Shown here one piece after another: positions 11,655 through 23,362 of a stretch of DNA of 64,000 bases. Source of the stretch: Alphaproteobacteria bacterium (lineage in GTDB: Bacteria > Pseudomonadota > Alphaproteobacteria > UBA828); assembly GCA_963667785.2 (NCBI GenBank), contig CAXXMU010000002.1, forward strand, positions 576,001-640,000, given 5' to 3'. A program made the position numbers and the translations under genes. The notes beneath the pieces were generated by a model. The model saw nothing but the letters and a program-made list of their open reading frames with translations, was not told the origin of the DNA and did no database searches. How positions within the stretch are numbered: position 1 is the stretch's first letter; each line of letters starts with the position of its first letter.

Positions 11655-12664
11655 TTGCTGGACTCCATGACCGCCTTCACGGCCTTCTGCACCGCCGCGG
11701 CGTCGGGGATGTAGAGGTCCTCGAGCGTGTCCGCGAACGGCACCGGGGTGTGCGGGGCGGTCACCTGCTTGATCGGCCCCTTGAGGGAATCGAAGGCCTT
11801 CTCGCAGACCATGGCCGCGATGTCGGTCGCCATGTTGCAGCGGGGATGGGACTCGTCGAGGACCACCAACCGCCCGGTGTTCTCCACCGTCTCGAGGATG
11901 GTGTCCTCGTCCATCGGCGAGGTCGTGCGCAGGTCGACCACCTCGCACTCGATCCCGTCGCCCGCGAGCGCGTCGGCCGCCTCGTTCGCGACATGGACCA
12001 TGCGGCCGAGCGTGACGATCGAGACGTCGTCGCCTTCCCGCACGATGTTGGCCTCGCCGAAGGGCAGCGCGTAGGGCTCCTCCGGCACGTCGCCCTCCAG
12101 CGTGTAGAGCGCCTTGTGCTCGCAGAAGATCACCGGGTCGTTGTCGCGGATCGACTGGATCAGCAGGCCCTTTGCGTCATAGGGCGTCGCCGGGGTCACG
12201 ACCTTGAGCCCGGGGATGTGGGTGAACACCGGATAGAGGCACTGCGAGTGCTGGGCTGCGGCGCGCAGGCCGGCGCCGTACATGGTGCGGATGACGACCG
12301 GGGTCTCGGCCTTGCCGCCGAACATGTAGCGGAACTTCGCCGCCTGGTTGAAGATCTGGTCGAAGCAGACGCCCATGAAGTCGATGAACATCAGCTCCGC
12401 CACCGGGCGCAGGCCCGAGGTCGCCGCGCCGACGGCGGCGCCGATGAAGGCCGATTCGGTGATCGGGGTATCCATCACCCGGTCGCCGAACTTGCCGTAG
12501 AGCCCCTTGGTGATGCCGAGCGGCCCGCCCCAGGCGTCGCGCTCGCCATCGGTGCCGAGCCCGCCGGCCACGTCCTCGCCCATGATGACGACGGTCTCGT
12601 CGCGCTCCATCTCCTGGGCGAGGGCCTCGTTGATCGCCTGTTGGTAAGTGACTGTGCGTGCCAT
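11651..12664 (-). CDS. acoB: acetoin dehydrogenase E1 beta subunit
   Basis: GEDVAGG..DAWGG, DTPITESAF, DQIFNQAAKFRYMFGG, AAQHSQ. Confidence 0.9.
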   Translation of the reverse strand: MARTVTYQQAINEALAQEMERDETVVIMGEDVAGGLGTDGERDAWGGPLGITKGLYGKFGDRVMDTPITESAFIGAAVGAATSGLRPVAELMFIDFMGVCFDQIFNQAAKFRYMFGGKAETPVVIRTMYGAGLRAAAQHSQCLYPVFTHIPGLKVVTPATPYDAKGLLIQSIRDNDPVIFCEHKALYTLEGDVPEEPYALPFGEANIVREGDDVSIVTLGRMVHVANEAADALAGDGIECEVVDLRTTSPMDEDTILETVENTGRLVVLDESHPRCNMATDIAAMVCEKAFDSLKGPIKQVTAPHTPVPFADTLEDLYIPDAAAVQKAVKAVMESSK

Positions 12665-12679
12665 GACTGCCTCCCTCGC

Positions 12680-13648
12680 TCAGTAGGATACGTAGACGTC
12701 GGTGAGAAGATCGGCGGCGCCCGGAGGCGGCGCCGCTTTGGCCTTGGAGACCGCGCCGTCGATCAGGGACAGCGCGTCCCGGTCGATGGCGTCGAGCTCG
12801 GCGCCGTCGACCAGGGCTGCCGAGGTCACCTTCTCGCGGAAGAGCGCCAGGCAGTCGCGGGATTCGCGCAGCTTCTTCACCTCGTCCGGCCCGCGATAGG
12901 TCTGGGCGTCGCCCTCGAAGTGCCCGTAGTAGCGGTTGAGCTTGCATTCCAGCAGGCTCGGGCCGCCGCCCTCGCGCGCCCGCCTGATCGCCTCGCCGGC
13001 GGCCTCGTAGACGGCGAAGAAGTCGTGCCCGTCCACCACCACGCCCGGCATGTTGAAGCCGCTGGCCCGGTCCGCCGCGTCGTCGCAGGCGATCGACCAC
13101 TTGGACGAGGTCGATTCCGCATAGCCGTTGTTCTCGACCACGAAGATGCAGGGCAGGTTCCAGACCGATGCGAGATTGAGGCTCTCGAAGGTGGTGCCCT
13201 GGTTCGAGCCGCCGTCGCCGACGAAGGCGATGGCAACCCCGCCGGTGCCGAGCTGCTTCGCAGCCAGGCCGGCGCCGCAGATGAGCGGCGGGCCGCCGCC
13301 GACGATGCCGTTGGCCCCCATCATGCCCTTGTCGAGGTCGGCGATGTGCATGGAGCCGCCCTTGCCGGCGCAGAGGCCGTCCTTGCGGCCGTAGATCTCC
13401 GCCATCATGCCGTCCACGTCGCAGCCTTTGGCGATGCAGTGGCCGTGCCCGCGATGGGTGCTGGCGATGCGGTCGCGGTCGTCGAGGTGCATGCAGACGC
13501 CGACGCCGCTCGCCTCCTCGCCGGCATAGAGGTGCACGAACCCGGGGATGTCGCCGGTCGCGAATTCGACGTGGAGACGTTCCTCGAACTCGCGGATCGT
13601 CCGCATGGTTCGATAGGCCGTCAACAATTGGTCCTTGCTGAGCTGCAT
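12680..13648 (-). CDS. acoA: acetoin dehydrogenase E1 alpha subunit (TPP-dependent)
   Basis: IPGFVHLYAGEEA, STHRGHGHCIAKG, TPP motif GDGGSNQG...ENN, GHFEGD. Confidence 0.9.
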   Translation of the reverse strand: MQLSKDQLLTAYRTMRTIREFEERLHVEFATGDIPGFVHLYAGEEASGVGVCMHLDDRDRIASTHRGHGHCIAKGCDVDGMMAEIYGRKDGLCAGKGGSMHIADLDKGMMGANGIVGGGPPLICGAGLAAKQLGTGGVAIAFVGDGGSNQGTTFESLNLASVWNLPCIFVVENNGYAESTSSKWSIACDDAADRASGFNMPGVVVDGHDFFAVYEAAGEAIRRAREGGGPSLLECKLNRYYGHFEGDAQTYRGPDEVKKLRESRDCLALFREKVTSAALVDGAELDAIDRDALSLIDGAVSKAKAAPPPGAADLLTDVYVSY

Positions 13649-13687
13649 GCGTCGTTGCTCCTCTCTGCCTGCGTGGTCCGGTTGCGC

Positions 13688-14782
13688 CTAAAAATAGGCG
13701 ACGCCGGTGGTTTTGTCGAAAACGTGCACCTTGTTCACGTCGAAGCCGACGCGGCAAGGCTCGCCGGGGCCGCCCATGGGGCCGATCTTCGTCTTGGCCA
13801 TGACCCGGTCGCTGCCGACGGTGACCTCGACGATCATGTCGCCGCCGAGCGGCTCGGTCACGAAGACCTCGCCCGGCACCTCCAGCGCGCCGTCGGCACC
13901 GGGTTCGATCGCGAGATTGTCCGGGCGGGTGCCGATGCGCACGTCCGCCTCCGCGCCGCCCTTCTCGAGCAGGCCGGCCTGACGCTCGGTGAGCGCGAGC
14001 CGGAAGCCCGAGTGCACGACGCTCACGCCGGTGTTGGTGCGCTCGAGGGTGCAGTCGAGGAAGTTCATCGGCGGCTCGCCGACGAAGCCCGCCACGAACT
14101 CGTTGTAGGGGCGGTTGTAGATCTCCTCGGGCGTGCCGAGCTGCTGCAGCACGCCTTCGTGCATCACCGCGATGCGGTCCGCCATCGACATGCCTTCGAG
14201 CTGGTCGTGGGTGACGTAGACGGTGGTGGTCTCGAGACTGCGCTGCAGGTACTTGAGCTCGCCGCGCATGTGGGAGCGGAGCTTCGCGTCGAGATGGGCG
14301 ATGGGCTCGTCGAAGAGGAAGACCTTGGGCTCTCGCACGATGGCGCGGCCGATGGCGGTGCGCTGCTTCTGCCCGCCGCTCAGCTCCACCGGCTTGCGGT
14401 GGAGCAGGGGGTCGATCTCCAGGATCTCGGCGGCGCGGCGCACGCGGCGCTCGATCTCCTGCTTGGGCGTCCGCCTGAGCTTCAGCGGGTTCGCCATGTT
14501 CTCGTACACGGTCTTGTGGGGATAGAGCGCGTAGTTCTCGAACACCATGGCGATGTCGCGGTCGCGCGGCGGCAGGTCGTTGACCCGCACGTCGTCGAAA
14601 TAGACATCGCCCGAGGAGATGAACTCGAGACCGGCAAGCATGCGCAGCGTCGACGACTTACCGCAGCCGGAGGGGCCGAGGATGCACATGAACTCGTTGT
14701 TCTTGATCTCGAGATTGAGCTCCTTCACGGCAACGGTCTTGCCGTAGTACTTCCAGACGTCCGTGATCGTCACCGCAGCCAT
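13688..14782 (-). CDS. CUT1 ABC transporter ATP-binding protein (MalK-like)
   Basis: GPSGCGKS, LSGGQKQR, FDEP, YVTHDQ, C-terminal TOBE-like region. Confidence 0.92.
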   Translation of the reverse strand: MAAVTITDVWKYYGKTVAVKELNLEIKNNEFMCILGPSGCGKSSTLRMLAGLEFISSGDVYFDDVRVNDLPPRDRDIAMVFENYALYPHKTVYENMANPLKLRRTPKQEIERRVRRAAEILEIDPLLHRKPVELSGGQKQRTAIGRAIVREPKVFLFDEPIAHLDAKLRSHMRGELKYLQRSLETTTVYVTHDQLEGMSMADRIAVMHEGVLQQLGTPEEIYNRPYNEFVAGFVGEPPMNFLDCTLERTNTGVSVVHSGFRLALTERQAGLLEKGGAEADVRIGTRPDNLAIEPGADGALEVPGEVFVTEPLGGDMIVEVTVGSDRVMAKTKIGPMGGPGEPCRVGFDVNKVHVFDKTTGVAYF

Positions 14783-14819
14783 CGCTACCCCCGGACGGGC
14801 TCCGCCCGTCTCTTGCGTC

Positions 14820-15698
14820 CTATTCCCTGACCGCGCCCATGGTGAGACCGGCGACAAGATAGCGCCGGATCAGAAGGCCGAGAAACATCATCGGCACCGT
14901 GGTCACGACACCGGCCGCCATGATCATGCCCCACTGGATCTTGACCGGCTGCACCAGCTCGGCGGTGGCCACCGGCAGGGTCTTGGCGCCGCCCGAGCCG
15001 ATGATCGAGGCGAACAGGAAGTCGTTCCAGCCGAACAGCACGCAGAGCACGATGAAGGCAGCGATTCCCGGCGCCACCAGCGGGATGATCAGCCTGAACG
15101 CCTGCCAGCGGGTGCAGCCGTCGCACTGTGCCGCCTCCTCGATCGCGTAGGGAACGTTGTCGAAGAAGCCCTTGAGGATCCAGATGGCGAAGGGGAGGTT
15201 GAAGGTCGTGTAGGCGAGGATCAGGCCGGGCAGGGTGCCGACCAGCCCGGACGAGCGGAAGATCACGTAGAGCGGCACCATGACCGCCACCACCGGCGCC
15301 ATGCGGGTCGAGATGATCCAGAAGAGGAGATCCCGCTTGCCGCGGAACTCCGCGCGCGAGAGCGCGTAGGCCGCCATCGAGCCGAGCGAGACCGAGACCG
15401 CCGCCGAGCCCAGCGAGGCGATCAGGCTGTTGCGCAGATAGACGCCGAAGTGCTTTTCGGTGAACAGCTCGACGTAGTGCGCGCCGGTCGGCTTGAAGTC
15501 GAACATGACGCCGACCCCGCCGAAATCGCCGACCTCAGGAAGCTGGAACGCATCGAGCAGATCCTTGAAGGACGAGACCACCATGATCAGCAGCGGCAGC
15601 ACGGTCCAGACGAAGAAGAAGATCAGGAAGAGGATCGAGAGCCCCTGCAGCACGCTTCTCAGCGGCGAGCGGTAGCGGACGATCTCGCGCGAGGCCAT
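14820..15698 (-). CDS. carbohydrate ABC transporter permease
   Basis: Multiple TM segments; EAA loop IEEAAQCDG; LVAGLTMGAV. Confidence 0.92.
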   Translation of the reverse strand: MASREIVRYRSPLRSVLQGLSILFLIFFFVWTVLPLLIMVVSSFKDLLDAFQLPEVGDFGGVGVMFDFKPTGAHYVELFTEKHFGVYLRNSLIASLGSAAVSVSLGSMAAYALSRAEFRGKRDLLFWIISTRMAPVVAVMVPLYVIFRSSGLVGTLPGLILAYTTFNLPFAIWILKGFFDNVPYAIEEAAQCDGCTRWQAFRLIIPLVAPGIAAFIVLCVLFGWNDFLFASIIGSGGAKTLPVATAELVQPVKIQWGMIMAAGVVTTVPMMFLGLLIRRYLVAGLTMGAVRE

Positions 15699-15701
15699 CG
15701 T

Positions 15702-16676
15702 CTAGTGCTCCCGCTCCGTCCTGATCTTGCGGGTCGGATCCTCGAACACCTTGGTCAGCACGAAGCCCAGCAGGATCGTCAGCAGCAGCAGGGTGAAGGC
15801 GATCGCGGCGCCCCGTCCGAGCTCAAAGAACTTGAACGAGACGTCGAAGAGGTAGGTCGGCAGGATCTTGGTGGCGTTGGCCGGCCCGCCGCCGGTCATG
15901 ATCAGGATGTGGTCGATGAACCTGAAATTGTCCATGAAGCGCAGCAGGATCGCGATCAGCAGGAAGGGGTAGAGATTGGGCAGCGCCACGCTGAAGAAAT
16001 TGCGGAAGGGCCCGGCGCCATCGACCATGTGGGCCTCGAGTTGGTCCTGCGGCACGCGCTTGAGGCCGGCAAGCGTGATGAGTGCGATGAGCGGCGTCCA
16101 CTGCCAGACGTCGGTCGCCACGATGGCGAACATCGCCCAGAACTTGTTGCCGAGGATGGAGCCGCTCTCCAGCAGGCCGATGCTCTGCAGCAGCCAGAAG
16201 TACCAGCCGAAGGTGCCGTTGTAGAGAAACATATAGAGGAAGCCGGCGATGACGGGCGCCATCATCATCGGCATCAGGAAGATGGTGACGAGGATCTTCT
16301 CGAAGCGGTTGTTGTTGAGGATGACCGCGACCAGGACGCCGAGGCCGATCTCCACCGAGAGGCAAAGCGCGCTGTACTTGAAGAGCGTGAGCCAGCCGCG
16401 CAGGAACTTCTTGTCGGTCGCCAGCCGGGAGAAGTTGTCAATGCCGGCCCAGACGTCCGACTTGCCCGGCGCGAGCTGCACCTCGTGCAGGGTCATGTAG
16501 ACCAGCCAGACGAGGGGATAGAGCGAGATCGCCGCCAGCAGCAGGATCGCCGGCAGCATCAGCCACAGCAGGTAATAGCGCGGCGGCCGGTGGTTGAAGC
16601 CTTCCGGCACGTAATCGATCGTCCGCACACCGCGCACGACGCCGCCCGCGGCGTCCATGTTCGCGATGTTGGCCAT
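15702..16676 (-). CDS. carbohydrate ABC transporter permease
   Basis: DVWQWTP, EAA loop LEAHMVDGA, TGGGP. Confidence 0.92.
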   Translation of the reverse strand: MANIANMDAAGGVVRGVRTIDYVPEGFNHRPPRYYLLWLMLPAILLLAAISLYPLVWLVYMTLHEVQLAPGKSDVWAGIDNFSRLATDKKFLRGWLTLFKYSALCLSVEIGLGVLVAVILNNNRFEKILVTIFLMPMMMAPVIAGFLYMFLYNGTFGWYFWLLQSIGLLESGSILGNKFWAMFAIVATDVWQWTPLIALITLAGLKRVPQDQLEAHMVDGAGPFRNFFSVALPNLYPFLLIAILLRFMDNFRFIDHILIMTGGGPANATKILPTYLFDVSFKFFELGRGAAIAFTLLLLTILLGFVLTKVFEDPTRKIRTEREH

Positions 16677-16795
16677 GCGCCGGGTCTCCGCGCTTCATTC
16701 TCCGCCTGCGGCCTGCCGCCGCCGGCGCCGATCGGGAATCGCGACCGCCCGAGAGACGCCGGCGTGCCGGCACCCCTCGGGCGGAGCGGTGTTAC

Positions 16796-18325
16796 CTAGA
16801 CGTCGTGGATGGCGTTCAGCTCGTCCTTGATGGAGTCGCACGCCTCTTGAGCCGAGAGCTCGCCGGCGATGCACTGCTGCGTGCCGACCCGGACGATCTC
16901 GTGGTACTCGTTCGACTTCGGCAGCTTCGGCCCGAGCACCATGTTGGGCGAGCGGATGCCCTTGTCGTAGACCGCCTCGAAGGTGAGCGCGTTCGGCATG
17001 GTGGTGGGCCGGTTGCGCGCCTCCTTGACCTCCGGCACCTCCAGGACGGACCTGCGGGTGGGCGTGCCGCCGACGCCCTGCAGCACCATGAGCTGCGTGT
17101 CATGGCTGCAGGCCCAGCTGGCGAAGATGAAGGCCGCACGCTGCAGGTCCATGTCCGCGCCGGCGTTGATGCCGATGCCGCCGATGCCGCAGTTGGTGGC
17201 GTTGACGACGTTGTCGCCGCCGTCGACGTTCCACTCGACCGCGCCCTTCGGCCCCATGGCGTAGGCCGTCTTGCCGCCCGCCGCGACGGACTGCTCGGCA
17301 TCCTCCACCGAGGCCGCGAACTCGTGGTACTGGATCTGCATGGCGACGCCGCCGGCGGCGTAGACCGTGTTCAGCTCCAGCGTGCCGTTGGTCAGGTTGT
17401 CGGGGTGGCTGACGTCGGCGAGCGCCTTGTAGCCCTCCATCGCCTTGACCGACTGCGCGTCGCCCCAGTTGGTCGGGCCGGGGTTCTTCGAGCCCAGCGT
17501 GTCGTCGACCGCGAAGTCGAGCCACTGGTTCTGCGCGTACATATGCCGCTGGATGTCGAGCTGCGTGGTCCAGCCGAACGAGCCGTGATGCTGCGCGTAG
17601 CCGTAGGGGATCGACGAATCGCGCTCGTGCATCTTCCTGAAGAACTCGGTGATATCGACCATGTCCTTGTAGGTCGTCTCGTCGGTGAACTCGAGCCGGT
17701 AGCCGTAGTCGGCCTCGAAGTCCTTGGAAAGCTGCTCGAACAGGTCCTGCCGGTAGAAGGTGCAGGAGACCGCGCAGTCGTAGGGGAAGGCGCGGATCGG
17801 GCCGCGCTCGTAGTAGACGCCGCAGGCGTCGAGATAGTTCTCGAACCAGACCGAGTCGCCGTAGCCCTGCGGGTCGAGCGGCAGCGTGTCGTCGACCGAG
17901 AACTCGTTGAGATCGGCGTAGAAGTCGGCGAAGGGCGAGCCGATCGGCTTGTCCTGCACGTAGTTGAGGTGATAGTCGGCCTGGCCGCTCCTGAGGTCGA
18001 TGCCGACCTTCTGCTGCACGGTCGGCAGACCGTCGGTGAGGATCTCCACCTCGATGCCGGTGAGATCGTAGAACGCCTGGATGTTGTCGCGGATGGCGAA
18101 GGAAGGCGGCGTGTTCTCGGACATGAAGACGAGCTTCGAGCCCTCGTACTGGCGCCACTTGGCTTCGTCGGACGAATAGGCGTAGACCGGCCGGCGCGAG
18201 ATCACCGAGTTCATGCCGACGGCGATCGAGCCGGCGCCCAGCGCGGTCGCGACACCGCCTCCGAGCTCGAGGAATTTGCGGCGGCTGATGGGCTTGTACA
18301 GCGCCTTCTTGGGCATAGAGAACAT
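16796..18325 (-). CDS. Tat-exported extracellular solute-binding protein (~509 aa)
   Basis: SRRKFLELGG twin-arginine signal; first gene of the CUT1 operon; RBS GGAGG. Confidence 0.85.
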   Translation of the reverse strand: MFSMPKKALYKPISRRKFLELGGGVATALGAGSIAVGMNSVISRRPVYAYSSDEAKWRQYEGSKLVFMSENTPPSFAIRDNIQAFYDLTGIEVEILTDGLPTVQQKVGIDLRSGQADYHLNYVQDKPIGSPFADFYADLNEFSVDDTLPLDPQGYGDSVWFENYLDACGVYYERGPIRAFPYDCAVSCTFYRQDLFEQLSKDFEADYGYRLEFTDETTYKDMVDITEFFRKMHERDSSIPYGYAQHHGSFGWTTQLDIQRHMYAQNQWLDFAVDDTLGSKNPGPTNWGDAQSVKAMEGYKALADVSHPDNLTNGTLELNTVYAAGGVAMQIQYHEFAASVEDAEQSVAAGGKTAYAMGPKGAVEWNVDGGDNVVNATNCGIGGIGINAGADMDLQRAAFIFASWACSHDTQLMVLQGVGGTPTRRSVLEVPEVKEARNRPTTMPNALTFEAVYDKGIRSPNMVLGPKLPKSNEYHEIVRVGTQQCIAGELSAQEACDSIKDELNAIHDV

Positions 18326-18566
18326 GCTCTGCTCCTCCTGTGGACTGTCGGACGATGGCATCGAAAAAAGGGGCGGGGGAGACGCGGAAACGCGCATGGC
18401 GGCGCTCGCGGCGATCTCCCTCCGCCGACGGCACGCAAAGTGAACGTTCGTTAGCCTGGAGTCAATGGTGCCGCCGCTCGGGACAGGGGCCAAGGCCCCT
18501 TGACCTTCCCGCGGCTGGAGCCTGTATGTCGGGAGCGGGCAACGGAAGGCCGAACGCGGGGCGATC

Positions 18567-19958
18567 ATGGGTATTTCCCGACGGGCGTTCACCGGCGGCG
18601 TGCTGGGGCTTGCGGCTGCCGGCGGCACCTCGCTCGTCGCCGCTCCGGCGCTTGCCGACACGCCGACGCTGGAGGCAAGGGAAGGGGCGGCGCAGCTCTT
18701 GCCTCCCGACCATGCGGCGACGCCGATCTGGGGCTACGAAGGGCAGGTGCCGGGACCGCTGATTCGTGTCCGCCAGGGAGAGCGCGTCAGGCGCCGGTTC
18801 GTCAACGGCCTGCCGCAGGCCTCCACCGTGCACTGGCATGGCATCAGGATCGACAACGCCATGGATGGTGTGCCGGACCTGACGCAGGCAGCGGTGCCGC
18901 CCGGCGGCAACTTTCTTTACGACTTCGTTGCGCCCGACGCCGGAACCTACTGGTATCACGCCCATACTCGGACCTGGGAACAGTTGGCCCGCGGCCTCTA
19001 CGGGGCGCTGATAGTCGAGGAAGCCGACGGCGGGCCGGCGCTCGACCGCGACGAGCTCATGCTCATCGACGACTGGCGTCTCACGCAGGAGGCGGAGATC
19101 GTCCCGAATTTCGGCGCCATGGGCGATCGCTCGCACGCGGGCCGTCTCGGCAATTGGGTGACCATCAACGGGGCGGGCGACTGGCGGCGTACGGTCCGGC
19201 GGCACGAGCGGCTGCGGTTGCGGCTGGCGAACGTTGCCAACGCACGCATCCTCATGCTGGCGCTGCACGGGCTGGAGGGCTGGATCGTCGCCCTGGACGG
19301 GCAGCCCCTGGCCGCGCCCGAGCCCCTCGACCGGCTCCTGCTGGCACCGGCGCAGCGCGCCGACCTGCTCGTCGACGCGACCGCCGAAGAGGGATCGGAC
19401 GCGTTCCTCCTCTCTCTCGAGCGCGAGGGCACGTTTGCAATCGCGACATTCCGCGTGGAGGGCGTGATGCGGCCCCGAAGACTCGCCGCGCCGGCGCCGC
19501 TGGAGCCCAATCCGGTTGCGCCGCTGCACGGTCTGGCGGATGCGCGGTCTGCCCGTCTCTTGATGCAGGGTGGCGCCATGGGCGGCATGCAGAGTGCGAT
19601 CATGGGGGGACGCGAGACCGAGATCCGCGAGATGGCGGCCCGGGGGAGGGTATGGGCGTTCAACGGCGTCGCGGACTTTCCGGCGCAACCCCTGCTTGAA
19701 CTCGCGGCTGGCGAGACGGCCCGCATCGCCATCGTCAACGAGACCGCATGGCCCCATGCGATGCATCTGCACGGTAACCATTTCCGGCGCATCGGCGAGG
19801 ACGGGACCCTCGGGCCGTTGCGCGATACCCTGCTGCTGGATCGTCAGGAAACCGCCGAGATCGCGTTCGTGGCCGACAACCCCGGCGACTGGCTTCTGCA
19901 CTGCCACATGCCGGAGCATTCCGCCGGCGGGATGGAGACCTGGATTCGCGTCGGCTGA
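18567..19958 (+). CDS. multicopper oxidase, Tat-exported
   Basis: SRR signal; all four Cu motifs HWHG, WYHAH, HAMHLHG, HCHMPEH..GM; Met-rich insert. Confidence 0.93.
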   Translation: MGISRRAFTGGVLGLAAAGGTSLVAAPALADTPTLEAREGAAQLLPPDHAATPIWGYEGQVPGPLIRVRQGERVRRRFVNGLPQASTVHWHGIRIDNAMDGVPDLTQAAVPPGGNFLYDFVAPDAGTYWYHAHTRTWEQLARGLYGALIVEEADGGPALDRDELMLIDDWRLTQEAEIVPNFGAMGDRSHAGRLGNWVTINGAGDWRRTVRRHERLRLRLANVANARILMLALHGLEGWIVALDGQPLAAPEPLDRLLLAPAQRADLLVDATAEEGSDAFLLSLEREGTFAIATFRVEGVMRPRRLAAPAPLEPNPVAPLHGLADARSARLLMQGGAMGGMQSAIMGGRETEIREMAARGRVWAFNGVADFPAQPLLELAAGETARIAIVNETAWPHAMHLHGNHFRRIGEDGTLGPLRDTLLLDRQETAEIAFVADNPGDWLLHCHMPEHSAGGMETWIRVG

Positions 19959-19962
19959 GGGG

Positions 19963-21915
<1,953 letters not shown>

Positions 21916-22090
21916 GCGCTGAGGCTCCTCCCGCGTCTTTCGCGCCCTCATAGCAGCCTCACGCGTCGAACGGGAGGCCTGACGGGGACGGCGGGAGGCA
22001 CGACGCCCGGCGCAGGCATTTGCCATCGCGTCCCACAGGCCTATATGTGTGTCGATCTCTGATTCATCTCGCGAGACGGGAGAGGCAGCC

Positions 22091-22399
22091 ATGATCGCCG
22101 CCGTCGCCGAGCGCACCGCGGACATTCAGCGGCTTTGCGGTCGGCACCACGTGCTGAGGCTCGCGCTGTTCGGCTCGGCGGCAACCGGCGCGCACCGCGC
22201 CGGCAAGAGCGATTTCGACTTCGTCGTGGAGTTTCAGGAGTTACCGTCCGGTGCCTATGCCGACAGTTATTTCGGCCTGCTGGAGGATCTCGAGCGGCTG
22301 CTGGATGGGCCGGTGGAGCTGGTCGTGGACTCGGCCATCAGGAACCCGTTCTTCCGACGCTCGGTCGAGCGGACCAGCACGCCCATTTATGAAGCCTGA
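22091..22399 (+). CDS. minimal nucleotidyltransferase (MNT) antitoxin
   Basis: LFGSA.....SDFD motif; 102 aa; overlaps the HEPN gene. Confidence 0.88.
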   Translation: MIAAVAERTADIQRLCGRHHVLRLALFGSAATGAHRAGKSDFDFVVEFQELPSGAYADSYFGLLEDLERLLDGPVELVVDSAIRNPFFRRSVERTSTPIYEA

Positions 22400-22745
22400 A
22401 GCGCAATCCTATCTGTACGACATCCGACGTGCGGTGGAATTGCTGACGGACTTCACCGCCGGAAAGGCATTTCGGGACTACGAGCGCGACGCCATGCTGC
22501 GCGCTGCCGTGGAACGCCAGTTCGAGGTGATCGGAGAGGCCACGGCGAGACTGGCGCGAGTCGACCGGGCTCTTGCCGAACGCATCAGCGAATTCCGGCG
22601 TATCGTTGCCTTCCGCAATATCCTCATTCATGGCTACGCCGATGTGGATGATCGTCTGGTGTGGGACGTGGTCGAATCCAAGCTCCCGTTGCTGCGACGC
22701 GATGTCGACGCGTTATTGAGGGAGGCGGGGGACGAGCAGCCCTGA
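22389..22745 (+). CDS. HEPN/DUF86 RNase toxin (HepT-like)
   Basis: AVERQFEVIGEA and RNILIHGY (Rx4H catalytic motif followed by the Tyr typically modified by MntA). Confidence 0.9.
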   Translation: MKPEAQSYLYDIRRAVELLTDFTAGKAFRDYERDAMLRAAVERQFEVIGEATARLARVDRALAERISEFRRIVAFRNILIHGYADVDDRLVWDVVESKLPLLRRDVDALLREAGDEQP

Positions 22746-22812
22746 CGGGTCTGGTCCATAGGCACACGCGGGCCTCCCGTTTCCGCCCGTTGACATCCCG
22801 GCAATATTCCTG

Positions 22813-22841
22813 TTGAAAGCGGACCGGTTTCGTCCTATATG
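22813..22841 (+). promoter_or_regulatory. suf operon promoter with a putative Rrf2 operator in the spacer
   Basis: TTGAAA-N17-TATATG with dyad GGAC-N7-GTCC (22821-22835) between the boxes; an additional TTGACA lies just upstream. Confidence 0.55.
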
Positions 22842-22891
22842 CCTGTCACGCCCGTGCGGAGAGGGGCGGGCGTAGCGAAGGGGGCAACAGC

Positions 22892-23362
22892 ATGATCCGC
22901 GTCAGCCGCATGGCCGACTACGGTGTCGTGGCCATGACCCAAGTCGCGCGCGAGCCGCGTGCGCGTCACACCGCGGCGAGCATCGCCGCGCGCACCGGCG
23001 TGCCCCAGCCGAGCGCGAGCAAGCTCCTGAAGCTGCTGGCGAAGGCCGGCATCCTGACCTCGCACCGCGGCGCCAAGGGCGGCTACACCCTGGCGCACGC
23101 GCCGGATCAGGTCTCGGTGGCCGCGCTGGTGGCCGCCGTGGACGGGCCGATCTCGCTCGCCGACTGCCTCGACGGCCCCTCCGGCATCTGCGAGCTGGAG
23201 AGCTTCTGCTCGGTGCGCGGGCCCTGGCAGAAGATCAGCGACGCGATCCGCGTGGCGCTGGAGGAGGTGACGCTGGCCGACATGGCTCAGGCGGCGGCGC
23301 CGAGCGGCGCCAGGCCGGTACCGGTCGAGAAGAGCGCCGGCGGACGGGAGCACGCATCATGA
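22892..23362 (+). CDS. SUF system Rrf2-family Fe-S assembly regulator
   Basis: [16 protein letters not shown], three Cys (DC..GIC..FC); heads the suf operon. Confidence 0.9.
   Translation: MIRVSRMADYGVVAMTQVAREPRARHTAASIAARTGVPQPSASKLLKLLAKAGILTSHRGAKGGYTLAHAPDQVSVAALVAAVDGPISLADCLDGPSGICELESFCSVRGPWQKISDAIRVALEEVTLADMAQAAAPSGARPVPVEKSAGGREHAS

Larger units (their letters stand above)
21969..22781. repeat. 11-bp inverted repeat (AACGGGAGGCC 21969-21979 / GGCCTCCCGTT 22771-22781) and 9-bp direct repeat (CCTGACGGG 21978-21986 / 22741-22749) bracketing the MNT-HEPN module
   Basis: Read directly from the sequence. Confidence 0.6.
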
